A stretch of 64,000 bases of DNA. It comes from Phoronis australis (taxonomy: Eukaryota; Animalia; Phoronida). The translations under genes were made by a program, and so were the position numbers. Positions within the stretch are counted from its first letter, which is position 1. Each line of letters begins with the position of its first letter. The stretch spans positions 291,516-355,515 of the forward strand of contig NMRA01000202.1 of the NCBI GenBank assembly GCA_002633005.1. Reading direction: 5' to 3'. Shown here piece by piece: positions 1 through 12,566 of the stretch. The notes under the pieces were generated by a model that saw only the letters and a program-made list of their open reading frames with translations, was not told the DNA's origin and did no database searches.

Positions 1-23
1 AACTTTAATTTGCATCACATAAG

Positions 24-80
24 ATAATGAAAACTTTTACCAGACAAGTCCTTCTGACCATCTCAAAGGAGTGGAGGATG
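24..80 (+). CDS. VPS13B: Possible small upstream VPS13B exon
   Basis: Open frame (NENFYQTSPSDHLKGVED) ending G|gtcaga in phase 1, matching the phase-1 acceptor at 152. Acceptor uncertain (aag|24 or cag|44). Confidence 0.4.
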
Positions 81-151
81 GTCAGAGTTAATGATGTTAA
101 GGATGTCCATGGCGAATTATTTTGATATTCTCAACTCATAATATTTTACAG

Positions 152-333
152 AAATTGTTGATGAAACCCGACCGGTGCCATCTGGTGGTCAAATTCTGGC
201 AATGGAGACATTTGTATCGACAAAGAACTTCCACATGACTTTAATTAACTGTACCATAAACGTGCTGTCGGCTGATCATCCCTACTGTGACGTCAGTAAG
301 AATAAGGGACCAGTGGCTAGCAAGTCTCGAAAA
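152..333 (+). CDS. VPS13B: VPS13B exon w1
   Basis: ttttacag| ... aaa|gtaag, open frame IVDETRPVPSGGQILAM...; ends phase 0, continuous with next exon. Confidence 0.75.
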
Positions 334-466
334 GTAAGAAGGGTGATTTTGAATGACTTATGACCTGCTTTATAAAGGTCTTAGATTTGGTCCTAGTTAT
401 GACAGCTGTAAGCACAAGGATTACAAACTAACATGTATCCTTAATCACTTAGCAAGCATCTTGGAT

Positions 467-621
467 CATAAGCTAATTATTGTTCAATATCTTTTATCAA
501 AATACTTACCTGTGAAACTCTAAGCTATGCCAGTTTTTGTTGTGATGTAATGCACACCTTTGATAAAATGGCTCTATTAACAGTTCTCAAACATTTTCAT
601 TCTCTTCTACTTTACATTTAT
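467..621 (+). repeat. 155-bp direct duplication, copy 1 (copy 2 at 1544-1698)
   Basis: Near-identical sequence either side of the gap; one substitution seen (tacttacctg vs tacttgcctg). Confidence 0.95.
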
Positions 622-844
622 TATGCGCCCACATATTTATATGTGGACGCATTATGCCGTCATCTCTGTCCGTCCGTCCGTCCGGGCGGCGTCCGTCCGG
701 CGTCCGGCGTCCGCTGCTCTATCTCCAAAACCCTGTGACATACGTTCATGAAATTTGGCACATATGTTCCATTCATGAATGGGACGGCATGTGCGAACTT
801 TCGGACGGATCCGACTACCGGTGTGCCCCCTAGTGGCAATTTTA
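621..844 (+). mobile_element. Helentron-associated (HINE/DINE-1-like) element, 5' part, truncated by gap
   Basis: 5' inverted repeat gcgcccacatat/atatgtggacgc, (GTCC)n microsatellite, gaaatttggc block; related copies elsewhere in window. Confidence 0.7.
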
Positions 845-1313
845 NNNNNNNNNNNNNNNNNNNNNNNNNNNNNNNNNNNNNNNNNNNNNNNNNNNNNNNN
901 NNNNNNNNNNNNNNNNNNNNNNNNNNNNNNNNNNNNNNNNNNNNNNNNNNNNNNNNNNNNNNNNNNNNNNNNNNNNNNNNNNNNNNNNNNNNNNNNNNNN
1001 NNNNNNNNNNNNNNNNNNNNNNNNNNNNNNNNNNNNNNNNNNNNNNNNNNNNNNNNNNNNNNNNNNNNNNNNNNNNNNNNNNNNNNNNNNNNNNNNNNNN
1101 NNNNNNNNNNNNNNNNNNNNNNNNNNNNNNNNNNNNNNNNNNNNNNNNNNNNNNNNNNNNNNNNNNNNNNNNNNNNNNNNNNNNNNNNNNNNNNNNNNNN
1201 NNNNNNNNNNNNNNNNNNNNNNNNNNNNNNNNNNNNNNNNNNNNNNNNNNNNNNNNNNNNNNNNNNNNNNNNNNNNNNNNNNNNNNNNNNNNNNNNNNNN
1301 NNNNNNNNNNNNN
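845..1313. other. Assembly gap (Ns)
   Basis: Run of n. Confidence 1.
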
Positions 1314-1852
1314 TTATTCTTATGCTAATGTCTTTGTTGCGTCTCAGTGCGCCTTTGTTACGTGGGCATGTGGGCGCGACTGTATGTGTCGGGCACTTCG
1401 CTAGCGACAGGCTTAGGAGAAGGGTGTTTCCCTTCTTTTGCTTTCATGGAAAGTTGATCGTTATCATGTGCAAATTGAACTGAAACGAATGCCTGATGAG
1501 AGAAAATACATATTTTGAGGTTCAGTGGAGACTTGCTCTGTTACATAAGCTAATTATTGTTCAATATCTTTTATCAAAATACTTGCCTGTGAAACTCTAA
1601 GCTATGCCAGTTTTTGTTGTGATGTAATGCACACCTTTGATAAAATGGCTCTATTAACAGTTCTCAAACATTTTCATTCTCTTCTACTTTACATTTATGT
1701 AATATTTTTGTAACACTAGTTTGTATCTTCAGTCTGTGGTACAAAGTGTAGTCTATTTTGTCAGTGTAAAGAACATCCGTCCTCGGTCATGTTGCGTATC
1801 ATTTGTATCATTCTACAACTTTGTACTGAACTGAGCAACACTTTATTTGAAG

Positions 1853-2050
1853 GGTTTATCTTCCAAGTCACAGACTCTCGCTAGCTCTGCTAGTGACACC
1901 TGTCTGCAAGCATTGCAGATTCACGCGGAACGGTTCGACATGCAGGTTACTAAGCCAATGTATGCTCGCAAACTGGTGAAAATGGTCAGCAAGATGCCAG
2001 CGCCCTCTGGCAATCTCTTACATCACTGCCACTCACATCAGAACATCAAG
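1853..2050 (+). CDS. VPS13B: VPS13B exon w2
   Basis: ttgaag| ... aag|gtttgt, 198 nt, phase 0-0. Confidence 0.75.
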
Positions 2051-2283
2051 GTTTGTCTGCTCGTGTCTGATTATTGAACATTTTAATTCAACAAATACCA
2101 CCACTTTTAGTACTCATGTTCAATTTGCTGATTAACATAAAATGACTGCATATGAGTCCTGTAACAAACTCTCAATTCTCCCTATGTCTTGAACTCTTTA
2201 GAGACAGGAGCACGGCATTGCAATGTTGATGCCAGGACCATGTCTGCTTGTTTGATTGCTGATAGCATTTTGTTCTCTTGCAG

Positions 2284-2408
2284 GTGTTCAGTCTACAAAC
2301 TGGTCTGTTGTGCTTTGATGGTGCAGAGACATCACCCACTCCTCTCTCGCTTCTTCAGCCTTGCAGTGCTGCGTATTACGTCCGCACTCTACTACTCCCT
2401 GTCTACTG
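2284..2408 (+). CDS. VPS13B: VPS13B exon w3
   Basis: ttctcttgcag| VFSLQTGLLCF...LLLPVYW |gtcagt, phase 0-2. Confidence 0.8.
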
Positions 2409-3917
2409 GTCAGTGTCACATTTAAATGGGAAAGCAAAGTTCATTTTGTGATATCACTGTTAGTAAACCACATTAATGTGTTTACTGAGAGGTAATATGT
2501 TCCTGATTATCTTTTAGAAACATTTTTCTGTCAGCGTTAATTACAGTTTCTTTGGCGTGTAATAAGTCCATGGAACAATGGAAAGTGAGGTAAACGGTCA
2601 AGAAAAAGGCCTGCATCTTTATTAGTTCTGAGCCCAGAATCTTAATCTTTGTACTCGAAATGAACTTGAAATTGTTTTTGGCAATTTGTCTGCTACTTTT
2701 GTGCAAACTCAATATAAGACTGTGCTCAAATACATTATAGTTTACACATATCAGTTTCTTGTCCAAGTTGCTTTGCATTTGATGACCCTTATATTCGTGC
2801 TTACAAACTCGAGTAAAAACTCAAAATTCGAGTTCAAACTCGAACTTGTAACCTTAATGTTGGGTTTATCAGCTGCAAACTAGGACTAAAAAATTATCCA
2901 CTTAAGTCATTATGTACTCGAGCACAGTATAATAGATGCTTATCCTGAGTTTCCACAAAAATAGAGTTTGTAGAAAATGCCAAACATAATTTCGAGCTCC
3001 ATTTCTAGTAAAAAGATTAGAGACTGGGCCCTGCATTCACTTCTATTGAGCAAACATGAATGTTCTACATAGGCTGTAATAAGTAGTGATTAACTAGACA
3101 TTATGTTTGCTCTGTAAAGTGAATACTAATTATTTAAGATGCGGGCTTTTTTGGACCATCTAGATCATGTTCCACTGTTCCATGGATAGTAAATACGCAC
3201 CAATGGAACAATAATTTGCACAGAGAAAATGCCTCTCCAAGATTACTAGGTATCTGCATTTTATTTTTTTACTAAACGCAACATCAAAAATGGTTTCATT
3301 CCGCTCTAAAAGCTGAGCAATTTTGTACGAGTTGTGATCCGGACATGCATAAATCACAGTCACTGGTTTGTATGGACTTTGCTTTCCATTCATTTGTCAA
3401 AAAATGAATCAGTTGTAATATTGTAATTTGCTTGATGTTTGAAGTATCAACCATGTAGTCTTTTTGTGGGACATACTGTATATGAAACGTTTTGGTCAAC
3501 AGTATAATCACAATCAATTTCCACACGTGGGCACATTTGCCCAATACAGTTACGCATTAAACTTTTTGAATGACTGCATTTCATATTAATTTTATAATTT
3601 GTTAATGTTTGTAACAGAGGCTTGTTGGTATAAGACAAAGGTGATCAGACAGAAAACTGGTTCTCCGTCATGATGGCTGTTTCTGTCAACATTAAAAATG
3701 ACTGGTAATACCTATTAAATTCTATTTAAACCAAACTTCTAATTACAAAATCGCTTAGCCACCTTTCCTGGTAATTCCCCTTCATTCTTGGTCATCAGGG
3801 GAGACTACTCTAACAATGAATTCAGTTTCTGCTCAGGCACAATAACAGGGGTTTCTAGGTCATTTTGTTTGAATCCTTTTGGCTGTACTAAGCAATAATG
3901 TATTTTATTTTTTAAAG

Positions 3918-4090
3918 GACAAAGTTTGAGCTGATCAAATCTGAGGCGACTTATGAACTGCCCAGCATTGTACTGAACTGTACCAGGTCCCAGCTGATGT
4001 TAGCTCAACACATTGTTGACAGCTGGATACGATCTACTACGGTTGAGATACGAGACACGACTCTGCTTGACGATGTCTTTAAACCATCAA
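3918..4090 (+). CDS. VPS13B: VPS13B exon w4
   Basis: ttttaaag| TKFELIKSEATYELPSIVLNCTRSQL... |gtaag, phase 2-1; absent from the ORF track. Confidence 0.85.
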
Positions 4091-4450
4091 GTAAGACAAT
4101 TGGCATTTCAATGCCAAGCGTTATATGATTGTCTTTCAAGTTTTTGAGAAAATCTTTTCTATATGAATTTAGAACATTGTGTTAATTACTGCCTTGGAGG
4201 TACTTGGAGGTACTTGGAGGTACGTGTCACAAATACTTTGTGGAATGGGTGGCAATATGAGGCGACATCTGGACATCTGGACATCTGAATTACTTCAAGG
4301 AGAGCCAGCTAGCAAAGCGGTTCAACAATACATGACAAGACCGGATAAAATGACTGAGAATTCCCTCTCATGACTGATGAGCTTAAGTGGAATTCCCCTT
4401 CACGACAGCTGAGTGCAAGTGAAATCCACCATCAGAATAACTATTTATAA

Positions 4451-4975
4451 TGACCCGTCATGATGTAGGGTGACCCCTCACGATGTATGGTGACCCCTCA
4501 CGATGTGTAGTGACCCCTCACGATGTATGGTGACCTGTCATGATGTAGGGTGACCCCTCATGATGTATGTTGACCCCTCATGATGTATGGTGTCCCATCA
4601 GCATGTATGGTGACCCCTTAGGNGCGGTCTGATACACGTTGTACCAGACGTGCGCAGGCCTCGCATGTGGGCCCATTGCACTGATCACCTGGAAATATGT
4701 TTATGCTTTATTGATATATGGTTAAAACCGAGCTGAGGAGCTAGAAACCTGGCTCAGGGGTTTAGCAGTGTGACCTGGTGGGACTTGAACCCACGACCTC
4801 GAGTAAAGAAAGCGGGCACTTATCAACCAGGCCACACTGCCTCCTCCCCTCATGATGTATGGTGACCCCTCATGATGTATGGTGACCCCCATGATGTAGG
4901 GAATTCCCTCATGATGTATGGTGACCCCTCATGATATATGGTGACCCCTCATGATGTATGGTGACTCCTCATGAG
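4451..4975. repeat. 20-bp minisatellite (tgacccctcatgatgtatgg), interrupted
   Basis: Tandem units at 4451-4620 and about 4846-4975. Confidence 0.95.
4621..4846 (-). mobile_element. tRNA-derived SINE inserted in the minisatellite
   Basis: Minus strand: A-box-like TGGCCTGGTTG and B-box GGTTCAAGTCC, then a non-tRNA body. Confidence 0.75.
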
Positions 4976-5072
4976 TGGGAAATGGTATTTTGTCAAACTA
5001 CTTATAGTGTGTAATGTACAACCACCATCCGCAGAATGTTCTTTAGAAATTTGGGTAATAGTCGGACATGAC

Positions 5073-5133
5073 ATGCCCGCATTTTGAGAACCAATTTTCT
5101 CCACTGAATAAGGGGCATCAAACTGGTTCTCAA
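5073..5133. mobile_element. Short palindromic MITE family, partial copy
   Basis: ttgagaacca...tggttctcaa inverted repeat; related to 15962, 40290 and 54442 copies. Confidence 0.7.
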
Positions 5134-5325
5134 TATATATCTAACTATTGCCGGCATTTGGGGGTCACCTGTTTGACATTTATCACTATGCACTCAATGA
5201 TGAGATGTGTCTAGTTGTGGATGCGAATGGCCCGAAACCATGTTGTTTACGGAGATGTGTTCAAAAGTATTGGTGGATGATTTGCCAGAGCTGCAGAGAC
5301 AAATATTGTTGCCGTTGTTACGCAG

Positions 5326-5460
5326 GTAGCTCCTTCCCTCATGGTCAGCCATTGTTAGAGGCTTCAGTGAATGGAGTTGAGGTAAAGGCAGTGTCCAATG
5401 ACTCACTGGTCTCTTACACTGGGATACTGGCAGATATGAAAGTGTCACTCATGACTATTG
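5326..5460 (+). CDS. VPS13B: VPS13B exon w5
   Basis: acgcag| SSFPHGQPLLEASVNGVEVK... |gtaagt, phase 1-1. Confidence 0.8.
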
Positions 5461-6245
5461 GTAAGTAGTATTCAGTGGCTGGTAATTTCAGTGGAAGCCT
5501 TTACTGGAATTGTATGTCATGTTATACCACGGTGACCATAGATCAAGATTGAGCCTAATACTGGAATAAAAAGTAACAAAAATTAGCGACTTGATCTGTT
5601 TTCTCAACTGGATGTCTCAAAATTTTCATGCTTTCGTTATATCACCATATTTGACAACTCAAGAAAACTCACCCTATGTCAAAGATTTTTTGCAGGAGTC
5701 ACGTTTGCTGACGGAGTTGTAAACGTTACTTTGTCATTGTTTTTGTTGAAGCTCCATTCCGCCTGTTTAACGGGCTCTAAAAAACAATTGTTGGACCTTT
5801 TACTCTGATTGGTCTCGTACTATTTCCTGTCATGAAAAGATTCTATTTTGAATTAATTATTATCAACAAGAACATTGAAACTATGAGTGGTTCATGAAAA
5901 CGCTTCAAAATGACACATGTATGCATTGTACGAAATTCAGCTTTAGCTACAAGTCAGAAACTCAGTCAACAAAATGCCCCTTTTCACTCAAAAGCAGCCG
6001 AATACCACTTTCACTCACTTGTCATTTCGACTGTAACAAACTTTGCCAGCCCTCCCTGCCCTCTCCGTCCAAAATGTTGTCAAACTTTCCTTGACAAATC
6101 TCATGTTCCAACCAATCCCATGTATTCATCTGAAACGAGATACTTCCTTTTGAATGGACTGCATTTTGTAGAGAAGGGGTTGGTTGTATTTTAAGCAAGA
6201 TTGATTTCCATTTTGTTCCAATAGAGTGTGTGACTGTTTGGCGTC

Positions 6246-6717
6246 CTGGAGTCCATTTCGTTTAAACAAGTTAAGACCAATCTGTCTCAGCACCATTTCG
6301 CTAAGTTTCTTAAGACCAATATTAAGACTCAAATTGTCCTAAGCTAAGACCAAACATTAGCTTGTGATGGAGTAGGCTTAAGGGCGAATATTTTCAGCCA
6401 TAATCGCATTGTCTTATGACGTAGATACAGTCTTATGTCTACAAAATGTTATAAATAAATCTATGTTTAGTATGTTCTTGAAACCTCATTGTGTACATCG
6501 CCTGGCTTAGTCTTGTGAATTTGTAACAGATGGTGAAAGAGTAGTTAATGGGCTCCCCTTTGGTGAAAACCAACTCACTTTCAGTGTTAGTTACTTTGTG
6601 TCCATGAAACGGTCTGCTACAAATTTTTCTTCAGTCTTCTTTTAGCCCAAATTCTGTTCTCGACTTAGACAAATGTTTGGTCTTGACTCTTTAACCACTT
6701 TTCATGAAATGATCCTC
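6246..6717. mobile_element. Degenerate MITE with taagac/gtctta subrepeats
   Basis: Imperfect ends ctggagtccatttcg / catgaaatgatcctc; taagacc repeats on the left, ggtctt-like on the right. Confidence 0.45.
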
Positions 6718-6877
6718 GTTCTTGAACTTTAGAACCCAATCTCGTCTCATATTTGAGCTTTTATTATTTTTACCAATCTCTATTAACTACATGAACTGTA
6801 AAGAATGATGTGGATTGTTTGCAATAAAGTTTAATGAGCCTCCATATCTCATCTCATTTTACCTGTTTGTCTGTTAG

Positions 6878-7042
6878 TTGATGGTACAGACCATGTGGTC
6901 CCCATAGTTCAAGGTCCTATGAGCACGTCTGACTGTGTCAACAAAACAGCGTTCGATGGCAGCGCAAACTCACCTAGATCACTGGATGAGGATCTCCTTA
7001 ACTTCACATTCCAGATACCCAAAGTTCACAACAATCCTTCAG
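6878..7042 (+). CDS. VPS13B: VPS13B exon w6
   Basis: ctgttag| DGTDHVVPIVQGP...LLNFTFQIP |gtaagt, phase 1-1. Confidence 0.85.
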
Positions 7043-8179
7043 GTAAGTCTGCACGAACATAATACCCACTCTTCGTGGCTGAGTAATTCTATGTGTTTCT
7101 GCCAACCCATCGGTAAATGGGCTTGGTACATCTTCATTATTAAGCTTTTGGAATAGCTGGGCATGATGTCCAAGCACAATTGTTGTGGGCAGGTATTGTA
7201 CAAATCATGGGTTTCACCACATTTTTTCTAAAAGAACAATTTCAATGAGTTTTACAGGATATTGATCCGTGAAAGATGCAGTTTAGGTCTTTCAAAATGT
7301 TAAGCATTACGTCTAGATTTTTGCTGGTCAGAGTAAATTTCATTAGAATTTCAGATGCCAATGAGAGTGTTTGACTATTTCATAGCTGCCATGTTTACTG
7401 TTAGTGCGGTTAAACTTTTCCAGTTTGAGACTGTCTCAAGAATTTGTGATACTGAAATTCAAGACAATTGAATTTTCTTGATTCTGAGGATTGATACATG
7501 AGTCATTTTGGCGTACATCATATTTCTCAGATATGAGACGCTGAATTTTGTCTCTACAAAAACCGTCGAAAAAGCAGCCAATACAAAATTGGTCTTTCTC
7601 ATGATTCTTTAATTTGTTAGGGACAATTTTGCTTATTTCTAAATTTTGGCACCAGCCCAACCTTGAACAAAATAATTTTTCAATGTTCCAAACTGGAGAA
7701 TACAGCCAAGTTTGGTCCATTGTGCCGACCGTACACAACATGATGTCAAGCATGTACAACTCGCGCCTTCTGTCAGTTGTGGAAAGAAATTTGGCTAAAT
7801 TGAGAAAAGAACTTAGTTAACTGAGTTAGCATTGATGAGAGATGAATACTGTCTTATTAAACAAAGTATAAAATGTTATTGAGAACTCCCATCAGGGTCA
7901 TGTGGGTTCTCAACTGAGGGGTCTCGGGGTCGTGTGGGTTCTCAACTGTGGGGTCTGTTTCAGGAAAAGTGACTTTTTGTTATGTAGGACCTTGATTCAA
8001 ACTTAAGTCTTTTAAAAAGTCACTTTTGTCTAGATTTTTTGTCTCATAATTTACTGATTTAATGTGAATTTCAATATCCATTGAACGCAGATGCATCAAT
8101 ATGCACTAATTGCTTTTATTGAACAGTCAAATTTACAAAATCTTTAAATCTTGTTTCATTCTTTATTGTATCGTTCCAG

Positions 8180-8338
8180 TTCCTGCTATAGCCTTCCTGT
8201 CTGTAGAAGGTGTTGGTTGCCTCCTTGACCCCGCCCTCCATGACTGGTTGTTGTATGAGCCAAGTGTCAGGCATCCCAAGACAACTTACAGCATTGACCA
8301 TCAGGTGGCGCACGCAGCACTTCCTGTGATACCTGAAG
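8180..8338 (+). CDS. VPS13B: VPS13B exon w7
   Basis: ttccag| ...VEGVGCLLDPALHDWLLYEP... |gtctgt, phase 1-1. Confidence 0.8.
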
Positions 8339-8672
8339 GTCTGTACAATATGATTTCCTTTTAGTTGTTGAATGTTAGTTTCCAAAAATACAACACATTC
8401 CAAAATTGTGTATTGAGTTTAGGATTTCAAAAGGTCAGTCATTCAAGGAAATATGAAATATTTGAATTAGTCCATAATAAAACACCTTGGATCTTTGGCT
8501 TCAAATTCAATAACAGTACTATTGCTGTAAATATAGAGTATTTTTTAAATCTCATACTGTCGTAGTTTTATTTTCTGTTCTAAAAATAACTATAATATTA
8601 TTGTATTATCCAGCCAGTAAAAAGTTGTTGTGAATCTGTGTAGTAAGCGTAAATGTCTCTTTGTACGACAAG

Positions 8673-8884
8673 CTGGTTCGACAAAGTCTGCAAGTACAGT
8701 GACCCAGCCATCAGCAACACAAACTCGGTCACAATCGGTGTCAAAGTCACACAAACCCACGGTCGCGGAGACGGTTTCCAGACAACAGTCACTAAGTGAT
8801 AAGCAGGTCAACAAAATGGCCAACAAGAAATTGTCTGAGAAGGCAGCTGACCTTTACAATATGATCAGGCATTTGCATGTCCAG
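8673..8884 (+). CDS. VPS13B: VPS13B exon w8 (Ser/Thr-rich)
   Basis: acaag| ... cag|gtgggt, phase 1-0. Upstream cag acceptors hit stops, so an aag acceptor is inferred. Confidence 0.7.
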
Positions 8885-9043
8885 GTGGGTCTGACATTTC
8901 CTTCTCGTTCAAGTATTTGTAGTTGATATAATTGTTTTTGTTGTAATTTCTTGTTACAATTTTCTGATGTCTTTGAAATATTGTAGGATCAGATTCTTCT
9001 GCATTGTGTAAACTATTTGCTCCTCAAATCATTCATCTCCGTG

Positions 9044-9433
9044 TAAAGTATGATCCACACACAGACTTGCCCTAGAACAAATTGCATTAATGCAACTTGC
9101 CCCCTTTTAAGTGGGGCATTCTCACACACACATATCTGATAACTAAGGTAAGGCGGAAGTTGTCTCTCTGTGCACGATAAGAGACAGCTGATGTGAATAC
9201 GGTGTGCAAAAGAAGACCCGTCTATATATAATACCAGCTGATAATTACCTCCGAGTTGCCCCAGGTTTGCGGCCACACAGTCATTAGAAGTGGCACAAGT
9301 TACCCTAGAACAAGTTACCCTTAGGCTAGTTGCACTAAGTTTAAATAGTGTTCACACAGCCTCCAAACCTAGTTACAACTCGTTTCAGGAGTAACTTGTT
9401 CAAAGGGTAAGTCTGTGTTAGGACGGCACTTTA
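9044..9433. mobile_element. MITE, PIF/Harbinger-like
   Basis: About 40-bp imperfect TIR taaagt...acacagacttgccctagaacaa / ttgttcaaagggtaagtctgtgt...acttta. Confidence 0.65.
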
Positions 9434-9690
9434 CTTCATATTTAAGTAGAATATGTCAGGTTTTGTTTAGTCATAGGAAGAAATTAGCACATCCTCATGA
9501 ATCGCATTTCTCCAGGCCTATCTCACTGCCCTTTGCTTCCATCTGGTTAGTAGGACTACCAAGACCAAGGTTTCAGTCAGTTTTGAACTTAATCTGTGTA
9601 AGGCGATGCTCACAAAAGGCACTGTAAGTGACTGAGATGGACTTCTATGCTTCAGAATGCTCCTGAAATTAACGGATTTTGTTTTTTTAG

Positions 9691-9913
9691 GTGGAGGTCA
9701 AGTCGAGTGTGATAGTACTGCCCAGCAAGTCTCTCTGTCACTCAAGTACATCTAACCTCTTGACTAGAGTCCAGTCTGAATACCAGAAAGGTGACTGCCC
9801 TCCGATGTTGGTGGTCAATCTACCCACTGTGGTGGTTCACAGTGCTGGACATAAACCTATGTCCCCCTTACAGGATATACCAGTTAAGATGGGTGAAACT
9901 TTTAGTCATATTG
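9691..9913 (+). CDS. VPS13B: VPS13B exon w9
   Basis: ttttttag| VEVKSSVIVLP...LVVNLPTVVVHSAGHK |gtaag, phase 0-1. Confidence 0.9.
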
Positions 9914-10488
9914 GTAAGCATTCTACTGTGTCGCAGTGTTTATGGATTCAGGATTGTGATCAGGGGGTCCAACAATTAACAGATAAAGGGACAGTTTAGA
10001 TTTGTCCAAATTGATTGACAGCACATAGAAAGGTGTGAAACCCTTTTACTCTTGTGTTGTTTCTGCACATCATGCTCAGTGATTGTGTGGTTAGTTTCAA
10101 CTTTAATCTGTGAATCATTGTTGACCATGCTGTACTTTTTTGCATCTCACCACTTCTTGTTTTGCAATTTTCTTAGAATTTTTTTGTCAAACAGATGCTT
10201 CTTTTTGTAAGAATTCTCAGACTTATTTTGTCCAACTGTCTAGGGTTGCATCAGTTTGACTACAACTGTTAACTAATTATGTTTTATATTTTTATTGTTA
10301 AATCAATTTTAATGAGTATTCTCAGTTAACAGTTAATTGATAATGAACAGGAGAAAGTAAAAGTCTGGAGTAAAAGGGAAAAAGATGCTGTTTAAAAGAT
10401 GTTTGGATTACATTTATTAGCTTTAGAATTTGCATTTTAATTTAAATAGAACATAACCCTGAATGAAATGCAATTTGCTAATTTGCAG

Positions 10489-10697
10489 AACGCCTTCCTT
10501 GGTCTCTCAACATTAAGAATTTCTCCGTCTACACATTGCATTCCAAGTCAATCTGCCATTACCTGGTCACACCACTAGGTGTCACTTCCACAGTGGCCAT
10601 CACCAACAAACAAGATTCACATGCTGACTTCACAGCTCTCAATCTGTGTATTCACACTGATATGGATGCTGTTCAGCTCAGATGTTCTAATGAACAG
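10489..10697 (+). CDS. VPS13B: VPS13B exon w10
   Basis: ttgcag| RLPWSLNIKNFSVYTL...LCIHTDM...CSNEQ |gtgtgt, phase 1-0. Confidence 0.9.
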
Positions 10698-11118
10698 GTG
10701 TGTAATATGAAAAATACTACTGAATCATTTCTGGAACTGAGGATTATAACAATTCTCTTGTATTAAAATTGGTTTTTGTTATTGTCTTTATGTAGGCCCC
10801 GTTTAAGAAGTACATGCTTTGAGGTCATCTAATCTAACCGTTGTGTGCATTATAAGTAATTTTGCCTTGTTGACTAAATTCTAATATTCGGTTGTCTTGA
10901 ATAAATATGACTTCAATCAAATAATTTATATTCAAGGATATGTGAGTGATCGCAAAGCTAAAATCTTTTAATCTCTTTCATTTTCCGATTCTAAAAATAT
11001 TTAGAATTTTGGAATTTTCACCTATTAAAAAGTTTTTAGTTTGGAATGATCTCTGGACTTATGAATATGTGCAATATCTAGGTTTCGGTTTGACCTGATT
11101 ATGGGTGTATGTTTTCAG

Positions 11119-11443
11119 ATATCTCTGGTGTGTGAAGTCTTAGTAGAGCTAGTCAATGTACTGATGTCGGTAAGACGTATCCTGACTAAGCAACAGGAGT
11201 GTGAACGGGACTCCAGTGGCATTCCACAACTGTGTGAGATAAAGCAAGAGATCAAGACACCGACGTTGACTGAGCCAGACACGGCGTTTGAAACTTTTCA
11301 GGCATCTAGAGAAGTGTCGCCTATAGTTGATGCCAAGAATGAAACCGAAGTTGCAAAGAAAACTCCTGAGTTGTCTCTCTGGATTCAGTGGACATTCCCC
11401 AAGGTCACCTTGAAAATGTATTGTTGGAAATCACCTAATCAGG
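11119..11443 (+). CDS. VPS13B: VPS13B exon w11
   Basis: ttttcag| ...LSLWIQWTFPKVTLKMY... |gtaagt, phase 0-1. Confidence 0.9.
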
Positions 11444-11846
11444 GTAAGTCATGTCCTGTAGCTTCCTTCTGACATGGGAAACAGTTTGGGATTCAATGTC
11501 CTCTTTAATAGTTTCTGCCGTTTTCCTCAAAGTCTAGGGCATGGTTACTGACCAGGAAATGTCAAGGCTGCACTACATGTTCTTGTCAGATTATATTCAA
11601 TGTGAATTCAAAAGCACTCGGGCTCCTTGCTTTACATCTAATGTTACCCGGTCATGGTTAAAAAGTCTCACTAGTCTGTAGTTGGAAATAAAATGCCGTT
11701 CGGCGGAATCATGTCTAATAAAAGTCTAGAGAATAATTTACTGCTTGCACAGTGTGCTAGATGAACATTCTTGTGAAGACATTTTACGTAATCCGCCGTT
11801 CAGTTTTGTGGAAAAGTCACATATTTGTATGGTGTGTTACCTGTAG

Positions 11847-11961
11847 AAGCTATGCTGTGTACAGAGTTGGAGGATGTCACCACATTCATCGATGTACACA
11901 GAGTCTATGCTAAAGTCAAATCTAAAGTTGGAATGGTCAGTGTGATGAATTACGTCAAAAG
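11847..11961 (+). CDS. VPS13B: VPS13B exon w12
   Basis: ctgtag| ELEDVTTFIDVHRVYAKVKSKV |gtaatt; resembles recalled VPS13B segment ELEDLSASIDVQDVYTKVK; phase 1-2. Confidence 0.9.
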
Positions 11962-12566
11962 GTAATTACAGATAATTGTTATATTTTTTCAGCACTGCAA
12001 AGGCGTTTTCATTAATTGGGGATGTTATAAACCATGATCCTTCTCTCACGGAATGTATTACTTTTTTCATGCATCACTATTGGTATCTAACCAACATATT
12101 TCTTGTTTCCTCATTTCTCACAATTAACCGTACAGTACATCCTGTTGCAGAATACTGACAGTTTTGGTTAAAAAACACTTGACACCAAGTTATTGTACCT
12201 TGGCCCATCCACGTTATGTGAAGGTTTTCCTTTACTCAAATTTGTGCTCAAACACGTGGACGTGAAACCAAATGAGTAAACCAATGAGATAGCGTTTGCA
12301 ATAGTATGTACTGAGGGAAAGTTGACGTATTCATTAAAAAATAGTTCAGAACGTGATGCATTCTGAATTTAAAGCAATAATTGAAATGGACATAAGACCC
12401 AACACATCCTATCTTAGAATCCTGTCTCTGCCTGTAAATTATGTGTGAAACAAAAATATTTTTAGACAAAACTTTTTCTTTGAGATATAGCACCGTAGTT
12501 GCATGAGCCCAAGTATGTCATGTGAGGTACATGCTTGCTACTTGTTACTTTGACCTTGTTTTGCAG

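Noticed and set aside
748-1483. Long ORFs of 218 and 234 aa
   Set aside because: Artefacts of translating through the N gap.
4770-4846. tRNA gene on the minus strand
   Set aside because: A/B boxes present but no convincing acceptor stem or anticodon arm, and it continues into a SINE-like body.
4451-4975. CRISPR-like regular repeat
   Set aside because: Units are directly adjacent with no unique spacers, no cas genes, eukaryotic intron.
8614-8672. Upstream cag acceptors for exon w8
   Set aside because: They give in-frame stops in the required phase.
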